DNA from: a virus
Lineage: Duplodnaviria; Heunggongvirae; Uroviricota; Caudoviricetes
DNA length: 34,661 nt
Direction: 5' to 3' (one strand)
Virus record (IMG/VR): IMGVR_UViG_2531839482_000004
Shown: piece by piece, positions 31,217-34,661 of the stretch
How the letters are laid out: each line of letters opens with the position of its first letter
Numbering within the stretch: the stretch's first letter is position 1
Translations under genes and position numbers: made by a program
Notes under the pieces: model-generated
Told to the model about the DNA's origin: nothing
Seen by the model: the letters and a program-made list of their open reading frames with translations, nothing else
Databases searched by the model: none

Positions 31217-31542
31217 AGACCTTCCGCTGGAAAGTGAAACCCGGTATGGATGTGGCTTCGGTCCCTTCTGTAAGAAAGGTGCGCTTTGGTGATGGCTATT
31301 CTCAGCGAGCGCCTGCCGGGCTGAATGCCAACCTGAAAACGTACAGCGTGACGCTTTCTGTCCCCCGTGAGGAGGCCACGGTACTGGAGTCGTTTCTGGA
31401 AGAGCACGGGGGCTGGAAATCCTTTCTGTGGACGCCGCCTTATGAGTGGCGGCAGATAAAGGTGACCTGCGCAAAATGGTCGTCGCGGGTCAGTATGTTG
31501 CGTGTTGAGTTCAGCGCAGAGTTTGAACAGGTGGTGAACTGA
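31213..31542 (+). CDS. M: tail tip protein gpM
   Basis: 109 aa matching lambda gpM. Confidence 0.93.
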   Translation: MKTFRWKVKPGMDVASVPSVRKVRFGDGYSQRAPAGLNANLKTYSVTLSVPREEATVLESFLEEHGGWKSFLWTPPYEWRQIKVTCAKWSSRVSMLRVEFSAEFEQVVN

Positions 31543-32240
31543 TGCAGGATATCCGGCAGGAAACACTGAATGAATGCACCCGTGCGGAGCAGTCGGCCAG
31601 CGTGGTGCTCTGGGAAATCGACCTGACAGAGGTCGGTGGAGAACGTTATTTTTTCTGTAATGAGCAGAACGAAAAAGGTGAGCCGGTCACCTGGCAGGGG
31701 CGACAGTATCAGCCGTATCCCATTCAGGGGAGCGGTTTTGAACTGAATGGCAAAGGCACCAGTACGCGCCCCACGCTGACGGTTTCTAACCTGTACGGTA
31801 TGGTCACCGGGATGGCGGAAGATATGCAGAGTCTGGTCGGCGGAACGGTGGTCCGGCGTAAGGTTTACGCCCGTTTTCTGGATGCGGTGAACTTCGTCAA
31901 CGGAAACAGTTACGCCGATCCGGAGCAGGAGGTGATCAGCCGCTGGCGCATTGAGCAGTGCAGCGAACTGAGCGCGGTGAGTGCCTCCTTTGTACTGTCC
32001 ACGCCGACGGAAACGGATGGCGCTGTTTTTCCGGGACGTATCATGCTGGCCAACACCTGCACCTGGACCTATCGCGGTGACGAGTGCGGTTATAGCGGTC
32101 CGGCTGTCGCGGATGAATATGACCAGCCAACGTCCGATATCACGAAGGATAAATGCAGCAAATGCCTGAGCGGTTGTAAGTTCCGCAATAACGTCGGCAA
32201 CTTTGGCGGCTTCCTTTCCATTAACAAACTTTCGCAGTAA
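31542..32240 (+). CDS. L: tail tip protein gpL
   Basis: 232 aa matching lambda gpL. Confidence 0.93.
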   Translation: MQDIRQETLNECTRAEQSASVVLWEIDLTEVGGERYFFCNEQNEKGEPVTWQGRQYQPYPIQGSGFELNGKGTSTRPTLTVSNLYGMVTGMAEDMQSLVGGTVVRRKVYARFLDAVNFVNGNSYADPEQEVISRWRIEQCSELSAVSASFVLSTPTETDGAVFPGRIMLANTCTWTYRGDECGYSGPAVADEYDQPTSDITKDKCSKCLSGCKFRNNVGNFGGFLSINKLSQ

Positions 32241-32245
32241 ATCCC

Positions 32246-32989
32246 ATGACACAGACAGAATCAGCGATTCTGGCGCACGCCCGGCGATGTGCGCCAGCGG
32301 AGTCGTGCGGCTTCGTGGTAAGCACGCCGGAGGGGGAAAGATATTTTCCCTGCGTGAATATCTCCGGTGAGCCGGAGGCGTATTTCCGTATGTCGCCGGA
32401 AGACTGGCTGCAGGCAGAAATGCAGGGTGAGATTGTGGCGCTGGTCCACAGCCACCCCGGTGGTCTGCCCTGGCTGAGTGAGGCCGACCGGCGGCTGCAG
32501 GTGCAGAGTGATTTGCCGTGGTGGCTGGTCTGCCGGGGGACGATTCATAAGTTCCGCTGTGTGCCGCATCTCACCGGGCGGCGCTTTGAGCACGGTGTGA
32601 CGGACTGTTACACACTGTTCCGGGATGCTTATCATCTGGCGGGGATTGAGATGCCGGACTTTTATCGTGAGGATGACTGGTGGCGTAACGGCCAGAATCT
32701 CTATCTGGATAATCTGGAGGCGACGGGGCTGTATCAGGTGCCGTTGTCAGCGGCACAGCCGGGCGATGTGCTGCTGTGCTGTTTTGGTTCATCAGTGCCG
32801 AATCACGCCGCAATTTACTGCGGCGACGGCGAGCTGCTGCACCATATTCCTGAACAACTGAGCAAACGAGAGAGGTACACCGACAAATGGCAGCGACGCA
32901 CACACTCCCTCTGGCGTCACCGGGCATGGCGCGCATCTGCCTTTACGGGGATTTACAACGATTTGGTCGCCGCATCGACCTTCGTGTGA
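32246..32989 (+). CDS. K: tail tip assembly protein gpK
   Basis: 247-aa ORF; the classical 199-aa lambda K annotation corresponds to the internal start near 32390. Confidence 0.85.
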   Translation: MTQTESAILAHARRCAPAESCGFVVSTPEGERYFPCVNISGEPEAYFRMSPEDWLQAEMQGEIVALVHSHPGGLPWLSEADRRLQVQSDLPWWLVCRGTIHKFRCVPHLTGRRFEHGVTDCYTLFRDAYHLAGIEMPDFYREDDWWRNGQNLYLDNLEATGLYQVPLSAAQPGDVLLCCFGSSVPNHAAIYCGDGELLHHIPEQLSKRERYTDKWQRRTHSLWRHRAWRASAFTGIYNDLVAASTFV

Positions 32990-33558
32990 AAACGGGGGCT
33001 GAAGCCATCCGGGCACTGGCCACACAGCTCCCGGCGTTTCGTCAGAAACTGAGTGACGGCTGGTATCAGGTACGGATTGCCGGGCGGGACGTCAGCACGT
33101 CCGGGTTAACGGCGCAGTTACATGAGACTCTGCCTGATGGCGCTGTGATTCATATTGTTCCCAGAGTCGCCGGGGCCAAGTCAGGTGGCGTATTCCAGAT
33201 TGTCCTGGGGGCTGCCGCCATTGCCGGATCATTCTTTACCGCCGGAGCCACCCTTGCAGCATGGGGGGCAGCCATTGGGACCGGTGGTATGACCGGCATC
33301 CTGTTTTCTCTCGGTGCCAGTATGGTGCTCGGTGGTGTGGCGCAGATGCTGGCACCGAAAGCCAGAACTCCCCGTACACAGACAACGGATAACGGTAAGC
33401 AGAACACCTATTTCTCCTCACTGGATAACATGGTTGCCCAGGGCAATGTTCTGCCTGTTCTGTACGGGGAAATGCGCGTGGGGTCTCGCGTGGTTTCTCA
33501 GGAGATCAGCACGGCAGACGAAGGGGACGGTGGTCAGGTTGTGGTGATTGGTCGCTGA
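32887..33558 (+). CDS. I: tail tip assembly protein gpI
   Basis: 223 aa matching lambda gpI; overlaps the K 3' end. Confidence 0.93.
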   Translation: MAATHTLPLASPGMARICLYGDLQRFGRRIDLRVKTGAEAIRALATQLPAFRQKLSDGWYQVRIAGRDVSTSGLTAQLHETLPDGAVIHIVPRVAGAKSGGVFQIVLGAAAIAGSFFTAGATLAAWGAAIGTGGMTGILFSLGASMVLGGVAQMLAPKARTPRTQTTDNGKQNTYFSSLDNMVAQGNVLPVLYGEMRVGSRVVSQEISTADEGDGGQVVVIGR

Positions 33559-33577
33559 TGCAAAATGTTTTATGTGA

Positions 33578-33598
33578 AACCGCCTGCGGGCGGTTTTG
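33578..33598 (+). terminator. stem-loop between I and J
   Basis: aaaccgcctgcgggcggtttt: GC stem with flanking A/T runs. Confidence 0.35.
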
Positions 33599-33618
33599 TC
33601 ATTTATGGAGCGTGAGGA

Positions 33619-34661
33619 ATGGGTAAAGGCAGCAGTAAGGGGCATACCCCGCGCGAAGCGAAGGACAACCTGAAGTCCACGCAGCTGCTGAGTGTGATCG
33701 ATGCCATCAGCGAAGGGCCGGTTGAAGGTCCGGTGGATGGATTAAAAAGCGTGCTGCTGAACAGTACGCCGGTGCTGGACACTGAGGGGAATACCAACAT
33801 CTCCGGTGTCACGGTGGTGTTCCGTGCCGGTGAGCAGGAGCAGACACCGCCGGAGGGGTTTGAATCCTCCGGCTCCGAGACGGTGCTGGGTACGGAAGTG
33901 AAATATGACACGCCGATCACCCGCACCATTACGTCTGCAAACATCGACCGTCTGCGCTTTACCTTCGGCGTGCAGGCACTGGTGGAAACCACCTCAAAGG
34001 GGGACCGGAATCCGTCGGAAGTCCGCCTGCTGGTTCAGATCCAGCGTAATGGTGGCTGGGTGACAGAAAAAGACATCACCATTAAGGGCAAAACCACTTC
34101 ACAGTATCTGGCCTCGGTGGTGGTGGATAACCTGCCGCCGCGCCCGTTTAATATCCGGATGCGCAGGATGACGCCGGACAGCACCACAGACCAGCTGCAG
34201 AACAAAACGCTCTGGTCGTCATACACCGAAATTATCGATGTGAAACAGTGCTACCCGAACACGGCACTGGTCGGCGTGCAGGTGGACTCGGAGCAGTTCG
34301 GCAGCCAGCAGGTGAGCCGTAATTATCATCTGCGCGGGCGCATTCTGCAGGTGCCGTCGAACTATAACCCGCAGACGCGGCAATACAGCGGTATCTGGGA
34401 CGGAACGTTTAAGCCAGCATACAGCAACAACATGGCCTGGTGTCTGTGGGATATGCTGACCCATCCGCGCTACGGCATGGGGAAACGTCTTGGTGCGGCA
34501 GATGTGGATAAATGGGCGCTGTATGTCATCGGCCAGTACTGCGACCAGTCGGTGCCGGACGGTTTTGGCGGCACGGAGCCGCGCATCACCTGTAATGCCT
34601 ACCTGACCACGCAGCGTAAGGCGTGGGATGTGCTCAGTGATTTCTGCTCGGCGATGCGCTG
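33619..34661 (+). CDS. J: central tail fibre / host specificity protein gpJ (5' part, continues beyond window)
   Basis: MGKGSSKGHTPREAKDNLKSTQLLSVIDAISEGPVEGPVDG... matches lambda gpJ N-terminus. Confidence 0.93.
   Translation, partial: MGKGSSKGHTPREAKDNLKSTQLLSVIDAISEGPVEGPVDGLKSVLLNSTPVLDTEGNTNISGVTVVFRAGEQEQTPPEGFESSGSETVLGTEVKYDTPITRTITSANIDRLRFTFGVQALVETTSKGDRNPSEVRLLVQIQRNGGWVTEKDITIKGKTTSQYLASVVVDNLPPRPFNIRMRRMTPDSTTDQLQNKTLWSSYTEIIDVKQCYPNTALVGVQVDSEQFGSQQVSRNYHLRGRILQVPSNYNPQTRQYSGIWDGTFKPAYSNNMAWCLWDMLTHPRYGMGKRLGAADVDKWALYVIGQYCDQSVPDGFGGTEPRITCNAYLTTQRKAWDVLSDFCSAMR

Noticed and set aside
32246-32389. Whether K starts at 32246 or at the classical internal start near 32390
   Set aside because: Not resolvable from sequence alone; the full ORF is reported and the ambiguity flagged.

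Overview
The window is the right arm of a lambdoid prophage that has an ~11 kb integrative, satellite-like island inserted inside its major capsid gene E. The prophage part runs: mosaic nin region (ninB, adenine methyltransferase, ninE, rusA, Q-type antiterminator), an nmpC-like porin moron on the opposite strand, a phage-21/DLP12-type lysis cassette (pinholin, SAR endolysin, Rz/Rz1, bor), then a cos site and a lambda-type head and tail gene set (Nu1, A, W, B, C/Nu3, D, E, FI, FII, Z, U, V, G/G-T, H, M, L, K, I, partial J). E is split after codon 82 by the island (about 13506-24495), which is flanked by a 10-bp direct repeat AGCCGAAGCA. The island carries a P4-type tyrosine integrase, an AlpA-like regulator, low-GC cargo genes, a primase/helicase with an adjacent iteron origin, an SSB-like protein, its own divergent E-like capsid and D-like decoration genes, a second cos site with a different cosN, and a Nu1 paralog with an in-frame amber codon at codon 22. 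It has no terminase large subunit, portal, protease or tail genes, so it looks like a capsid-remodelling phage satellite that uses the helper's capsid gene as its attachment site. A partial IS21-family transposase gene sits at the left edge. All calls are from reading the sequence and ORF translations and from recalled protein families; no database search was run.
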